Assembly: GCA_020200195.1 (NCBI GenBank)
Contig: JAIVJE010000292.1
Span: 9,567 to 44,545, forward strand
Direction: 5' to 3'
Length of the DNA: 34,979 bases
Origin: Acidobacteriota bacterium
Lineage (GTDB): Bacteria; Acidobacteriota; Vicinamibacteria; Vicinamibacterales; 2-12-FULL-66-21
The notes below the pieces were generated by a model that did not search any database, was not told the DNA's origin, and was given only the letters and a program-made list of their open reading frames with translations. The translations under genes and the position numbers were made by a program. Positions 1 through 11,405 of this stretch are shown here, in pieces (the first letter of the stretch is position 1; each line of letters begins with the position of its first letter).

Positions 1-173
1 GAGACCAACAGCCCCCGCTGTACGAGCCGCTGGAGGACCTTCGCCATCAACTCGATGGGAATGTTGTACTCCTCCGCGATCTCACGGGCGCTCGCGGAGG
101 CTGCGTCGGGGCGCACCGCGAGGTGCTTCATGGCGATGAGCGCGTAATCGGCCTTCTTAGATAGTCGAAGCAT
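1..173 (-). CDS. Rrf2-family (IscR/SufR-like) transcriptional regulator, 5' part; runs off the window
   Basis: Manual translation from ATG 173: MLRLSKKADYALIAMKHLAVRPDAASASAREIAEEYNIPIELMAKVLQRLVQRGLLV, a typical Rrf2 winged-helix N-terminus. Not in the ORF track. Follows sufT. Confidence 0.9.
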   Translation of the reverse strand, partial: MLRLSKKADYALIAMKHLAVRPDAASASAREIAEEYNIPIELMAKVLQRLVQRGLLV

Positions 174-195
174 GGGGGCATCCTGTTTCCAGAGA

Positions 196-222
196 CGTGC
201 AACGTTCAGCGTGCAACGTTCA
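196..222. repeat. Direct repeat CGTGCAACGTTCA x2 (14-bp period)
   Basis: Copies at 196-208 and 210-222 in the sufT-Rrf2 spacer. Confidence 0.8.
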
Positions 223-615
223 CCACATTCCCAGCTGGAGCTTCGCGGCGTCGGACATCCTGTCCTTCGTCCAGGCCGGCTCCCAGACGACATCGACCTT
301 GGCGTCCGAGACGCCGGGGACCGCCTTCACTTTCGTCGCGACTTCCACCGGCAGCGACTGTGCGGCAGGACACCCGGGCGCGGTGAGCGTCATGCGGATG
401 CCGGCGACGCCCGCGCTGTCCACGATGACGTCGTACACGAGCCCGAGCTCCCAGATGTTGACCGGAATCTCCGGGTCGAACACGGTGGAAATTGCAGCAA
501 TGATCTTCGATTTCAGTGCTGCGGTGTTCGTGGCATCCGGGACGAGCGCCGCGGTTTCCGTCCCGGACGCCGGTGGCTCTGGCGTTTCCGTGGGTGCCAT
601 CGGCAGCGGTTTCAT
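220..615 (-). CDS. sufT: SufT / DUF59 Fe-S assembly protein
   Basis: DPEIPVNIWELGLVY, TLTAPGCP and WEPAW motifs; position in the suf operon. Confidence 0.92.
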   Translation of the reverse strand: MKPLPMAPTETPEPPASGTETAALVPDATNTAALKSKIIAAISTVFDPEIPVNIWELGLVYDVIVDSAGVAGIRMTLTAPGCPAAQSLPVEVATKVKAVPGVSDAKVDVVWEPAWTKDRMSDAAKLQLGMW

Positions 616-1055
616 TCAGTGCTCGCCTTCTCGTTTCGCTCCAGCGCGGCCTTCAGCGTGTGCCACGCGAGGCTCGCGCACTTCACCCGTACGGGAAACT
701 CACGCACGCCGGCAAATACGGACAGTTTGCCGAGATCCTCCACCGCGCGATCCGGAGGCGTCGTCACCATCTGGTGGAACCGGGCGAACAGCGACTGCGC
801 CGCGCCGACGGTCTGCCCCTTCACCGCGTCGGTCATCAGCGACGCCGAGGCCTTCGAGATAGCGCAGCCCGATCCTTGAAACGCCACGTCGGCGATTACG
901 TCGCCATCGATGGCCAGGAACAGGTTCAGGCGATCGCCGCACAAGGGGTTGAAACCTTCCGCGTGATGGCTCGCCTGCTCCAGCACGCGGAAGTTCCGCG
1001 GGCGCCGGTTGTGATCCAGGATGACCTCCTGGTACAGGTCGCTGAGGTCGCCCAT
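612..1055 (-). CDS. sufU: SufU (NifU-like) sulfur-transfer/scaffold protein
   Basis: LYQEVILDH, NPLCGD, GCAIS and RVKCA motifs; overlaps the sufS stop. Confidence 0.95.
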   Translation of the reverse strand: MGDLSDLYQEVILDHNRRPRNFRVLEQASHHAEGFNPLCGDRLNLFLAIDGDVIADVAFQGSGCAISKASASLMTDAVKGQTVGAAQSLFARFHQMVTTPPDRAVEDLGKLSVFAGVREFPVRVKCASLAWHTLKAALERNEKASTE

Positions 1056-2293
1056 CAGGCGAACACCTCGCGCACCCGCCCGAGTGCGCGCACCAGTGCG
1101 TCCACATCATCGCGCGTGTTGTACATCGCGAGCGATGCGCGCGCGGTGGCCGGCACGCCGAACCGGTCCATGACCGGCTGGGCGCAGTGATGGCCCGTCC
1201 GTATCGCCACACCCTCCCGATCCACGATGGTGCCGATGTCGTGCGGATGCACGCCGTCCATGACGAACGAGAGGATGCTTGCCTTGTGCGCCGCTGTGCC
1301 GATCATCCGGATGCCCGGGATCGCGGTCAGCGCTTCGGTGCCGTACGCCAGCAGGTCCTGCTCGTGCCGCGCCGCGTTCTCGAGCCCGACCGAGGTGATG
1401 TAATCGAGCGCCGCGCCGAGTCCGATCGCACCAGCGATGTCCGGTGTGCCCGCCTCGAACTTATAGGGCAACACGTTCCAGGTCGACTTCTCGAACGTGA
1501 CGGACGCGATCATATCGCCGCCGCCGAGGAACGGCGGGAGGTCCGTCAGCACCGAGGCCTTCCCGTAAAGCACGCCGATGCCGGTCGGCCCGTACAGCTT
1601 GTGGCCGGTGGCGGCGTAGAAATCACAGTCGAGCGCCTGCACGTCGACAGGCATATGATATGCGGCTTGCGAACCGTCGAGTAGCACTGGAATCCCGTGT
1701 GCGTGCGCGATCCGGACGATCTCCGCAGCCGGGGTAATCGTGCCCAGCGCGTTCGACATGTGGGTGATCGCGACGAGCTTGGTGCGCGGTCCGAGCAGCG
1801 CTTCGAACGCGTCGAGCATCAGCTCGCCGCGGTCATCAATCGGCGCCACACGCAACCGGGCGCCCTGCCGCTCGCAGAGCAGCTGCCACGGCACGATGTT
1901 CGAGTGGTGTTCCATCGCGGAGATCACTACCTCATCGTCTTTTTGAACATGCTGCCGGCCGTACGCATGCGCCACGAGGTTGATGCTCTCGGTGGCGTTA
2001 CGGGTGAATACGATTTCGCGGGTCTCGCGCGCGTTGAAGAATACGCGGACTTTCACGCGGGCGCCCTCGTACGCTTCCGTCGCCACCTCGCTCAGCTCGT
2101 GCACCCCGCGGTGGACGTTGGCGTTGATTTCCGTGTAGTACCGGGTGATGGAGTCGATGACGACCTGGGGTTTCTGCGTGGTCGCCGCGTTATCAAGATA
2201 GACCAGCGGGCGGCCGCGCGCCTGGCGACGCAGCAACGGGAAGTCAGCGCGGACCTGCGCGACGTCGAATCCCGCCGCTACGACGGAGGTCAT
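1055..2293 (-). CDS. sufS: Cysteine desulfurase SufS
   Basis: YLDNAATTQKP, GHKLYGPTG (PLP lysine), RTGHHCA (group II catalytic Cys). Confidence 0.97.
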   Translation of the reverse strand: MTSVVAAGFDVAQVRADFPLLRRQARGRPLVYLDNAATTQKPQVVIDSITRYYTEINANVHRGVHELSEVATEAYEGARVKVRVFFNARETREIVFTRNATESINLVAHAYGRQHVQKDDEVVISAMEHHSNIVPWQLLCERQGARLRVAPIDDRGELMLDAFEALLGPRTKLVAITHMSNALGTITPAAEIVRIAHAHGIPVLLDGSQAAYHMPVDVQALDCDFYAATGHKLYGPTGIGVLYGKASVLTDLPPFLGGGDMIASVTFEKSTWNVLPYKFEAGTPDIAGAIGLGAALDYITSVGLENAARHEQDLLAYGTEALTAIPGIRMIGTAAHKASILSFVMDGVHPHDIGTIVDREGVAIRTGHHCAQPVMDRFGVPATARASLAMYNTRDDVDALVRALGRVREVFA

Positions 2294-3575
2294 GCGGCGT
2301 CCGCCTCGGCGAGATCCTTGGCGAGCTGGGCGTAGAGCTCCGCTTCGAGCGCGATGCGAAGCGGTTCGACCTTGACGCGATCCAGGATGTCACCGGCAAA
2401 GGCGTGAATCAGCATGTCCCGCGCTTCGGCGAACGTCAGGCCGCGGGCTTGCAGATAGAAGAGTGCGTCGTCGTCCAGCTGACCGATCGCCGCCCCATGC
2501 GTGCACTTCACATCGTCCGCAAAGATCTCGAGCTGGGGCTTGGTGTTGATCGATGCGGAATCGGACAACAGCAGAGCACGGTTCGTCTGTTTGGCGTCGG
2601 TCTTCTGAGCGTCCTGCCGCACGATGATTTTGCCGTTGAAGACCGCCTTGGCGCGGCCGCCCAGGATGCCCTTGTAGATTTCGTGACTCGGACAATGCGC
2701 CTTCGCATGGTCGATGGTCGTGTGGTTATCGACCAGGCGCTCGCCGTCGGCCAGGTACAGGCCGTTCAGCGTGCACTCAGCGCCCTCGCCGTCGAGGACG
2801 GCGAAGACGTCGTTGCGAACGATGCGGCCGCCCAGCGCGAACGAATGCGACGAGAAGTTGCTGCTGCGCGCCGCGTGGACGTGCATGCTGGCGACATGGA
2901 ACGCGTCAAGGCTCTCCTGCTGGACTTTGTAGTGATCCAGCACGGATTGGCGAAGTACGCATCTCCGTGAGCGCCGACGTACGTCTCCACGATCCTCGAC
3001 TGGCTGCGGTCGCCGGCGACAATCAACGCGCGCGGATGCGACATCGTCCCGGCGCCCGACGAGACGAACAGCAGTTGCAGAGGCTGTTCGACAACGACAC
3101 CTTCGGGAATGTACACGTATGCGCCATCCTGCGAGAGCGCCGTGTTCAGCGCCGTGAAGCCTCTGGCACCGAACTCGGCAAGCTGCCCCATGTACCGCGA
3201 GACGACGTCCGCATGCTCGGTCACCGCCGTGGAGAGCGACCCGACGCGGATGCCAGCCGGTAGACCCGCGACGCGCGACAGCTCCGAGATCACTTGACCA
3301 TTGAGAATGACAAGGCGGTGGGGGGCATCGCCATAGAGGAAAGCGTCGAGGTCATCAGCGCGCACGGCGGAGCCATCGGCGATCGTGAACTCGGCTGCGG
3401 CGATAGGCGACACGTTCGTGAACCGCCACTCCTCGTCACGGACGGTTGGGAAGCCAACAGCCGCGAACTTCGCCGCCGCGCGCTCACGCAGGTCCTGCAG
3501 CCACCGCGGTCCCCCCTGGGGCCGCTGTTCGAGCGCCGCCTGCCACGTCTGTCTCTTCTCCACAACTGGCGTCAT
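2290..3575 (-). pseudogene. sufD: SufD, split by a frameshift/short deletion near 2945 (possibly a sequence artefact)
   Basis: The N-half (EEWRFT...GDAYFAN) and C-half (VLDHYKVQQES...KPQLEIFADDVKCTHGA) are in different frames; the junction reads GCC AAT CC GTG CTG GAT. Confidence 0.88.
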
Positions 3576-3587
3576 GTACCTCTCCGC

Positions 3588-4349
3588 CTACGCGCTCACC
3601 GGTTCGGCGCCGGTCTCAATCCAGCTGTAGCCCTTCTTCTCGAGCTCCAGCGCCAGCTCTTTGCCGCCGGATTTCACGATGCGGCCGCCGCTGAGCACGT
3701 GCACGTAGTCGGGCACGATGTAGTCGAGCAACCGCTGGTAGTGGGTGACGACGATAATCGCCCGATCGGGGGCGCGCATCGCGTTGACGCCGCGCGCGAC
3801 GAGCTTGAGCGCGTCGATGTCCAGCCCTGAATCCGTCTCGTCGAGCACCGCCAGCCTGGGTTCGAGCAGCGCCATCTGAAAGATCTCGTTGCGCTTTTTC
3901 TCGCCCCCTGAGAACCCTTCGTTGACCGCCCGGGTCAGCATGCTCTTGTCGATGTCCAGCAGCTCCGACCGCTGCTGGATCAACTGCATGAACTCCATCG
4001 CGTCGAGCTCCGGCTGTCCGCGGTGCTTCCGCATGGCGTTGACGGCCGCCTTGAGGAAGTAGGCGTTGTTGACGCCGGCGATTTCGACGGGATACTGGAA
4101 GGCCATGAACACGCCCTCGCGCGCGCGCTCGTCAGGATCCAGCTCCAGAAGGTCGCGTCCTTCATAGAGGACCGTGCCGCCCGTCACTTCGTAGTGAGGA
4201 TGGCCCGCCAGTGCGCGGGCGAGGGTGCTCTTGCCCGATCCGTTCGGACCCATGATGGCGTGGACTTCGCCCGCGTCGACGTGAAGGTCGACGCCTTTCA
4301 GGATCTCCTTTCCTTCCGCCCGAACCTGCAGATTCTTGATCTCAAGCAT
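3588..4349 (-). CDS. sufC: Fe-S assembly ABC ATPase SufC
   Basis: GPNGSGKST, FSGGEKKRNE and LDETDSGLDIDAL motifs. Confidence 0.97.
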   Translation of the reverse strand: MLEIKNLQVRAEGKEILKGVDLHVDAGEVHAIMGPNGSGKSTLARALAGHPHYEVTGGTVLYEGRDLLELDPDERAREGVFMAFQYPVEIAGVNNAYFLKAAVNAMRKHRGQPELDAMEFMQLIQQRSELLDIDKSMLTRAVNEGFSGGEKKRNEIFQMALLEPRLAVLDETDSGLDIDALKLVARGVNAMRAPDRAIIVVTHYQRLLDYIVPDYVHVLSGGRIVKSGGKELALELEKKGYSWIETGAEPVSA

Positions 4350-4381
4350 TGCGTGCGATTCCTCCGGCTGCCTTCAGCCGC

Positions 4382-5827
<1,446 letters not shown>

Positions 5828-5832
5828 TGGAA

Positions 5833-5867
5833 GCTTCCAGCTGGCAGCTACCGGCTCCCAGCAGCCA
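5833..5867. repeat. Degenerate heptamer tandem repeat (GCTnCCA-like) x5
   Basis: GCTTCCA GCTGGCA GCTACCG GCTCCCA GCAGCCA, immediately upstream of the sufB start. Confidence 0.7.
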
Positions 5868-5902
5868 GGTGACGTCTGGACGCTGAAACCGGAAGCGGGG
5901 CA

Positions 5903-6229
5903 CTACACGCTGAACGACGTACCGCACCCGCACGAGCTCTTCGCGTTCGGGTTGTTGAAGATGAAACCCTTGCTCACCAGGCTCATGTCGTAGTCGAGCG
6001 TCGTGCCCTGAAGGAACCGGTAGCTCTTCGGGTCGACGAACACTCTGGACCCCTCGGGTCCCTCGAATACCTGGTCCCCCTCGCGCGGGCCGGGCTCCCA
6101 CGCGAAGGTATAACTCAACCCCGAACAGCCCCCGGCCTTGATGCCGATGCGCAAACCCCCGTCAATCAGCCCATTTTTCATGGTCATCTTGCGGATGAGC
6201 TTGTCGGCGTTGTCGCTGATTTGGAGCAC
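5903..6229 (-). CDS. A-type Fe-S carrier (HesB/IscA/SufA family)
   Basis: GGCSGLSY and NPNAKSSCGCGTSF motifs; GTG start; heads the suf operon. Confidence 0.95.
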   Translation of the reverse strand: MLQISDNADKLIRKMTMKNGLIDGGLRIGIKAGGCSGLSYTFAWEPGPREGDQVFEGPEGSRVFVDPKSYRFLQGTTLDYDMSLVSKGFIFNNPNAKSSCGCGTSFSV

Positions 6230-6251
6230 GGTCCCCTCGCCCTGGCGAAAC

Positions 6252-6270
6252 TACGACCAGAACAGTCCTA
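6252..6270. promoter_or_regulatory. Putative Rrf2/IscR-type operator
   Basis: Imperfect palindrome TACGAC-N7-GTCCTA about 22 bp upstream of the first suf gene. Confidence 0.55.
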
Positions 6271-6272
6271 TA

Positions 6273-7395
6273 TTAGTATTTCGGCTGGGTAGGATCAACC
6301 TGCTCGATCCACGCGAGGACACCGCCGGTCAGGTTCCGCGCGTGGGTGACCCCCCGCTCGTGCAGGAACGCCACGGCGCGTGCGCTGCGTCCGCCAGACT
6401 TGCAATAGACGACGACCTCAGCTTGTGGATTCAGATCGGCCCACCGGTAAGGCAGCTCTGCCATCGGAATGGAGAGCGATCCAGGAATGCTGCAGATCCG
6501 GATTTCGTGCGGCTCGCGCACATCGACGAGGACCGGTGGAGTTCCGGCACCGATGCGGGTACTGAGCTCGGTCACCGTCATGTCTCGCCCGGGAGCGGGA
6601 GCACAGTAGTTTTCGATCTCGCGCAGCTCCCGGATCGTTCGGTGCAGCCCGCACGCCGGACAGTCGGGATCCCTTCGCAGCCTGATCTCGCGGAAACGCA
6701 TGCGCAGCGCGTCATAGATCAGGAGCCGTCCGATAAGCGGTTCGCCGATGCCGAGAATGACCTTGATCGTTTCAGTGGCCTGAATCGTCCCGATGACGCC
6801 CGGCAGCACTCCCAGCACTCCACCCTCTGCGCAGCTCGGCACGATCCCCGGCGGCGGCGGCTCCGGATGCAAGCATCGATAACAAGGGCCGTCGGCTGAT
6901 GCGAATACCGACGCCTGCCCTTCGAAGCGGAAGATGCTGCCGTAGACATTCGGTCGTCCCGCCACCACGCATGCGTCGTTGACGAGATAGCGCGTTGGGA
7001 AATTGTCCGTACCATCCACGATGATGTCGTACGCGGAGACCAGCTCTATCCCATTCGCGGCCTGAAACGCGCGGTCATGGAGCTCGAGGTGGACCTCAGG
7101 GTTGATGGACTTCAACCTCGACCGCGCCGATTCAAGCTTCGGGCGGCCGACGTCGTCGGTCCCATGAAGGATTTGCCGGTGTAGATTGCTCAGGTCGACG
7201 GCGTCGAAGTCTACAATCCCGAGTGTGCCGACGCCGGCAGCGGCAAGATAGAGCGCGGCCGGCGAGCCGAGACCTCCGGCACCGATGCACAAGACGCGCC
7301 GCCTTGAGCCGCTGCTGGCCGTTCTCTCCCACTTCGGGGAGCGCCAGATGCCGGCTATACCGAACCAGTTCGTCCGGCGAAAACTCGTCAGCCAT
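6273..7395 (-). pseudogene. moeB: MoeB/MoeZ-type ThiF adenylyltransferase with C-terminal rhodanese; frameshift near 7297
   Basis: RYSRHLALPEVGENGQQRLKAAR is in one frame and VLCIGAGGLGSP...SNLHRQ...CYRC...CPAC...YCKSGGRS in another. Adding 2 bp (CG) in the CG run restores KAARVLCIGAGG. ATG 7395 follows GAGGA. Confidence 0.88.
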
Positions 7396-7456
7396 ACCGT
7401 CCTCATCATTGTCCGCTGTTTCAATCACCGGAGGTTTCGCCTAAACTTCGTCTATC

Positions 7457-8956
7457 GTGGATCTCAGCTCGTTGTCCCCGGTTCTGGCCGGCTTGGCCCT
7501 GGGTCTCGGGGTGGGCACGGTCATGTGGGTCGTCGCGTTGCGGCGACGGTCCGCGGAGCTTCGCGGGGAGCTTGCCGCCCGGGAGGAGGCGTTGGCGCGG
7601 CTGCACCAGGATCTCGCCTCGGCCCGTGAGGCGGGGGCCCGGCTGGGCGCTGAACTCGCAGCTCATCGCCAGTCGTCCGCCGAGAAACTTGCGGTGCTGC
7701 AAGGGGCGGAGGCCAGACTACGCGAGGCGTTCTCGGCGCTGTCGTCCGACGCGCTGAAACAGAACAACGAGTCATTCCTGCAGCTTGCGCGCGCTTCTCT
7801 CGGCGAGTTTCAGAAGACCGCGTCGATGGACCTCGACGGCCGGCACAAAGCAATCGAAACCCTCGTGCTCCCGCTCCGGGACTCGCTGACGAAGGTTGAC
7901 ACGAAGCTGCAGGAAGTCGAGCGCGGCCGTGCAACGTCGCAGGCCCAGCTCTCCGAACAGCTCCGATCGCTGACGCAATCCCAGCAGGTGCTGCAGTCCG
8001 AGACGAGCCGACTGTCGCGCGCGCTGCGCTCGCCCAACGTCCGCGGGCAATGGGGTGAACTGCAGTTGCGCCGTGTCCTCGAAACCGCCGGTATGGTGGA
8101 GGGCAGCCACTACGAGATCAAGGAGTCGGCGCGGGTCGACGAGAGCCGGCTGACGCCGGACGTCCTTGTCAGGCTTCCAGGGGGAAAAAACGTCGTCGTG
8201 GACGCGAAAGTGCCGCTGACCGCATACCTCGACGCCGGCGATCTCGATGACGACGCGCTGCGCGAGGTGAAGCTTCGGGACCATGCCAGGCAGGTCAGGG
8301 ATCACGTCGTCAGGCTCGGCAACAAAACGTACTGGGCCCACTTCCAGCCCGCGCCCGATATCGTCGTGATGTTCGTGCCCGGTGAGGCGCTGCTGCACGC
8401 CGCGATGCAGCACGACACCGCGCTGCTGGAGTTCAGCATGGCACGGGGCGTGATGCTTGCGAGTCCGCTGACGCTGGTCGCGCTGCTACGCGCAATTGCC
8501 TACGGCTGGCAGCAGGAGACGATCGCGAAGAATGCGCAGGAGATCAGCGAGCTGGGCCGCAACTTGTACGACCGGATCGCGAAACTCGCCGAACACTTCG
8601 AAAGCGTCGGCAAGAGCCTGGCGAAGGCGGTGCAGTCGTACAACAGCGCCGTCGGAACGCTCGAGAGCCGCGTGCTCGTAACGGCGCGGCGCCTGAAGGA
8701 CAAAGGCGTGACGGCAACGGAGGAGTTCCCGGAGCTCGAGACGATTGATCAGACGCCGCGGGCGCTCGGGGCCGCCGAATTGACCGGCCTGTTCGAGGAC
8801 GTGCCTGGTGACGGGACCGTGCTGAAGGAATGGTCTTTCAGATCGAATCTCACGCCGCTGACCGACGTCGCACCCGAGCCGACCGCGAGATCGAGTAACT
8901 CGCCGACGCGCGGCAGGTCATCCACTCGCACCTCGACGCTGTTTCGCGCGACATAG
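7457..8956 (+). CDS. rmuC: DNA recombination protein RmuC; the true end is probably near 8833
   Basis: N-terminal TM helix and coiled coil; RGQWGE, PD...VVVDAKVP and MFVPGE motifs. The last ~40 aa are antisense read-through into the SIMPL gene. Confidence 0.92.
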   Translation: MDLSSLSPVLAGLALGLGVGTVMWVVALRRRSAELRGELAAREEALARLHQDLASAREAGARLGAELAAHRQSSAEKLAVLQGAEARLREAFSALSSDALKQNNESFLQLARASLGEFQKTASMDLDGRHKAIETLVLPLRDSLTKVDTKLQEVERGRATSQAQLSEQLRSLTQSQQVLQSETSRLSRALRSPNVRGQWGELQLRRVLETAGMVEGSHYEIKESARVDESRLTPDVLVRLPGGKNVVVDAKVPLTAYLDAGDLDDDALREVKLRDHARQVRDHVVRLGNKTYWAHFQPAPDIVVMFVPGEALLHAAMQHDTALLEFSMARGVMLASPLTLVALLRAIAYGWQQETIAKNAQEISELGRNLYDRIAKLAEHFESVGKSLAKAVQSYNSAVGTLESRVLVTARRLKDKGVTATEEFPELETIDQTPRALGAAELTGLFEDVPGDGTVLKEWSFRSNLTPLTDVAPEPTARSSNSPTRGRSSTRTSTLFRAT

Positions 8957-9282
8957 CCGCGCAGCGTCTGACGGCCGTTTACGTAGTCGTACTCCGGTTG
9001 CAGATCGTACGAGGACGTTTTGAGCGCGTCGGGCGGTATCCCGGCGCCCTTCAGATTCTGCATGACGGCCGCCATTGCGTCCGCGTTGAGCCGCTGCGCT
9101 TCACGCGGGCTGCGGGCCCGCGACTCCGCTGTGATCGACACCCACGCACGGTCCGGCGCGCGTTTGACGATGGCTTGGCCGGCGGTCACGATGACGGGCC
9201 CTTCAGGGGTTACCGGGGCCTGCGCCCAGGCGGACGCCACAGCGAACGACCAGATCACGACCGCAGCGACGGTACGGTACAC
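8833..9282 (-). pseudogene. SIMPL (DUF541) periplasmic protein, C-terminally truncated
   Basis: AGGAGG then GTG 9282; signal peptide ending AWA-Q; APDRA, YDLQPEYDY, GYVARNSVEV and GATSVSGVRFDLKD motifs, then family similarity stops abruptly. Confidence 0.85.
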
Positions 9283-9302
9283 GCGACCTCCTACATACAC
9301 TT

Positions 9303-9358
9303 CACGGGTGGTTCCGCACGAATGGTTCTGCACGAGTGGTTCCGCACGAGTGGTTCCG
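9303..9358. repeat. 14-bp tandem repeat CACGAGTGGTTCCG x4
   Basis: CACGGGTGGTTCCG CACGAATGGTTCTG CACGAGTGGTTCCG CACGAGTGGTTCCG, with no spacers. Confidence 0.92.
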
Positions 9359-9374
9359 TATTCATGCTCACTAC

Positions 9375-10193
9375 TTAGACGTTGGCGAAACCGCCGTGGA
9401 CGTCACACGCGACGCGGAAACCTATGCCGTATGAATAGGTGTCGGGAGGCACCTTGTGTCGGTGGCTGCACGACAGCATCCGGACATCGGCGACCAGCCA
9501 GCTGCCGCCGCGCAGCACGCGCAGGTGACCCTTCGGCGGGCCGGTGGGGTTGCGGTCAGGCCCGGTGTGGTAATACGACGGATCGTACCAGTCCTGCACC
9601 CACTCCCACACATTGCCGATCACGTCGAACAACCCGTACGCGTTGGGGGGATAAGTTCGACACGTCGAAGTGCCGTGCGCGGCTTTCATCGACGGGTCAG
9701 TCAGGAAGTTCGCCAGATCACGTTCGAGCCGGTCGCCCCAGGGGTACCATTTGCGCTCGAGGCCGCCGCGCGCAGCCTTCTCCCACTCGGCTTCGGTCGG
9801 CAGCCGCAGGGTCCGGCCTGACGCCGTCGAGAGCCACGCGCAATACGCCACCGCATCGTCCCAGCGCACCAGCGTCACCGGGTGATCGAGGCGATCCGCC
9901 GGCGGCGCGGAGTCCGACCAGACGTACGGCTGGCCGGTCGCGCGGAACGCGCGCTCGCGCTCGCGGCCTCCGGCGGTGACGACTACCGGCAGTTCATAGA
10001 TCGCGGGCACGCGGTGTCCCGTCTCGTGAACGAAGCGCGCATACTCGGCCTGCGTTACCGGTTGCACCGCGATCAGAAACTCGTCGACATGAACCGAGCG
10101 CGACGGCCGTTCATCCGCCTCGGCCTCGTCGCATCCCATCGGAAATTCTCCCGCGGGAATGAGCGCCAGTTCAGGCAGGATGTCGGCAGCCAT
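9375..10193 (-). CDS. Formylglycine-generating enzyme (SUMF1/FGE-sulfatase) domain protein
   Basis: IPAGEFPMG, RLPTEAEWEKAARGG, NAYGLFDVIGNVWEW, RGGSW and GFR motifs; start moved to ATG 10193 to avoid overlapping the divergent gene. Confidence 0.92.
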   Translation of the reverse strand: MAADILPELALIPAGEFPMGCDEAEADERPSRSVHVDEFLIAVQPVTQAEYARFVHETGHRVPAIYELPVVVTAGGRERERAFRATGQPYVWSDSAPPADRLDHPVTLVRWDDAVAYCAWLSTASGRTLRLPTEAEWEKAARGGLERKWYPWGDRLERDLANFLTDPSMKAAHGTSTCRTYPPNAYGLFDVIGNVWEWVQDWYDPSYYHTGPDRNPTGPPKGHLRVLRGGSWLVADVRMLSCSHRHKVPPDTYSYGIGFRVACDVHGGFANV

Positions 10194-10244
10194 CAAAGCG
10201 GCAGACAGGATAACGCAACTTCTTTTCATGTACACTTTTCGGCC

Positions 10245-11405
10245 ATGAAGCTCGAGACGTTCGCAATGGAACGGCTGCAGTCGACCTGGGAAAACCGGGT
10301 CGCCTGGAACCTGGCGGAAAGCGGCGTTCATCCATTCCGTCTGGAGGAGCTGGCCGACAGCGCCGAGTCGCGCGCGGCCGTGCTCGCGCAGGAGCTCGGC
10401 TACACGCAGACCAACGGCACGCAGGAGTTGCGTGCAGCGGTGGCCCTCATGTATCCCGGCACAACATCAGACCACGTCGAGATCACCAACGGCGGATCGG
10501 AAGCGAACTGCATCGTGCTCTGGCATCTGATCGAGCCGGAGGACGAAGTCGTCATGATGGCGCCGAATTACATGCAGGTGCGCGGCATCTCGCGTGCGCT
10601 GGGCGCGAGAGTCCAACCCTGGCCGCTCGTCGCTGACGAGGCTGCGCGCCGCTGGCGGCCGGATCTCGACCTCCTTCCGTCGCTCGTCACGGCCCGGACA
10701 AAGGCGATCCTGATTTGCAATCCCAACAACCCAACGGGCGCGCGGCTCACTGAATCGGAACTGACCGAGATCTGCCGCGTCGCGTCGCAGGCCGGTGCAT
10801 GGATCGTGTCCGACGAGATCTATCGCGGCGCGGAGCTTGACGGCATCGAAACCCCCACTGCGTGGGGCCGGTACGAGCGGGTGCTCATCACGAGCGGCCT
10901 GTCGAAAGCCTACGCGCTGCCCGGACTGCGTGTCGGCTGGGTTGTGGGGCCGCCGGGCGTCGTCGAGGCTTTGTGGGGCGTGCACGACTACACGACCATC
11001 GCGCCGGGGGCACTCAGCGATCGCCTCGCGCGTATTGCGCTCGCGCCCGCGCGTCGCGCGCAGATCCTCGCGCGAACACAGGGCATCGTGCGCTCGAATT
11101 ATCCAATCGTCAGACGGTGGGTCGAGAAGCGTGCGCCTCTTTTGTCCGTGATCGCGCCCGAAGCCGGGGCCATCGCGTTCGTGAGGTACCAGTACCCCCT
11201 CAACTCGACGAAGCTCATCGAGCGCCTGCGCGAGCAGCAGAGCGTGCTGGTCGTTCCAGGCGATCACTTCGAGATGGACGGCTATCTGCGCATCGGGTTC
11301 GGGGGCGAACCGTCGCACGTGAGCGGCGCGCTCGATCGTGTTGGCGAGATGCTGGACACACTCGCACCCGGCGCGGCGGCACGAATCGCGGCGGATGCGC
11401 GTTGA
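10245..11405 (+). CDS. PLP-dependent aminotransferase class I/II
   Basis: NPNNPTG, SDEIY and SGLSKAYALPGLRVGW motifs; likely start MKLETF at 10245. Confidence 0.93.
   Translation: MKLETFAMERLQSTWENRVAWNLAESGVHPFRLEELADSAESRAAVLAQELGYTQTNGTQELRAAVALMYPGTTSDHVEITNGGSEANCIVLWHLIEPEDEVVMMAPNYMQVRGISRALGARVQPWPLVADEAARRWRPDLDLLPSLVTARTKAILICNPNNPTGARLTESELTEICRVASQAGAWIVSDEIYRGAELDGIETPTAWGRYERVLITSGLSKAYALPGLRVGWVVGPPGVVEALWGVHDYTTIAPGALSDRLARIALAPARRAQILARTQGIVRSNYPIVRRWVEKRAPLLSVIAPEAGAIAFVRYQYPLNSTKLIERLREQQSVLVVPGDHFEMDGYLRIGFGGEPSHVSGALDRVGEMLDTLAPGAAARIAADAR

Noticed and set aside
7290-7305. Programmed ribosomal frameshifting in moeB or sufD
   Set aside because: No slippery heptamer or stimulatory structure is evident, and simple deletions explain both
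9303-9358. Possible mini-CRISPR array
   Set aside because: Units are 14 bp and contiguous, with no spacers and no cas genes nearby
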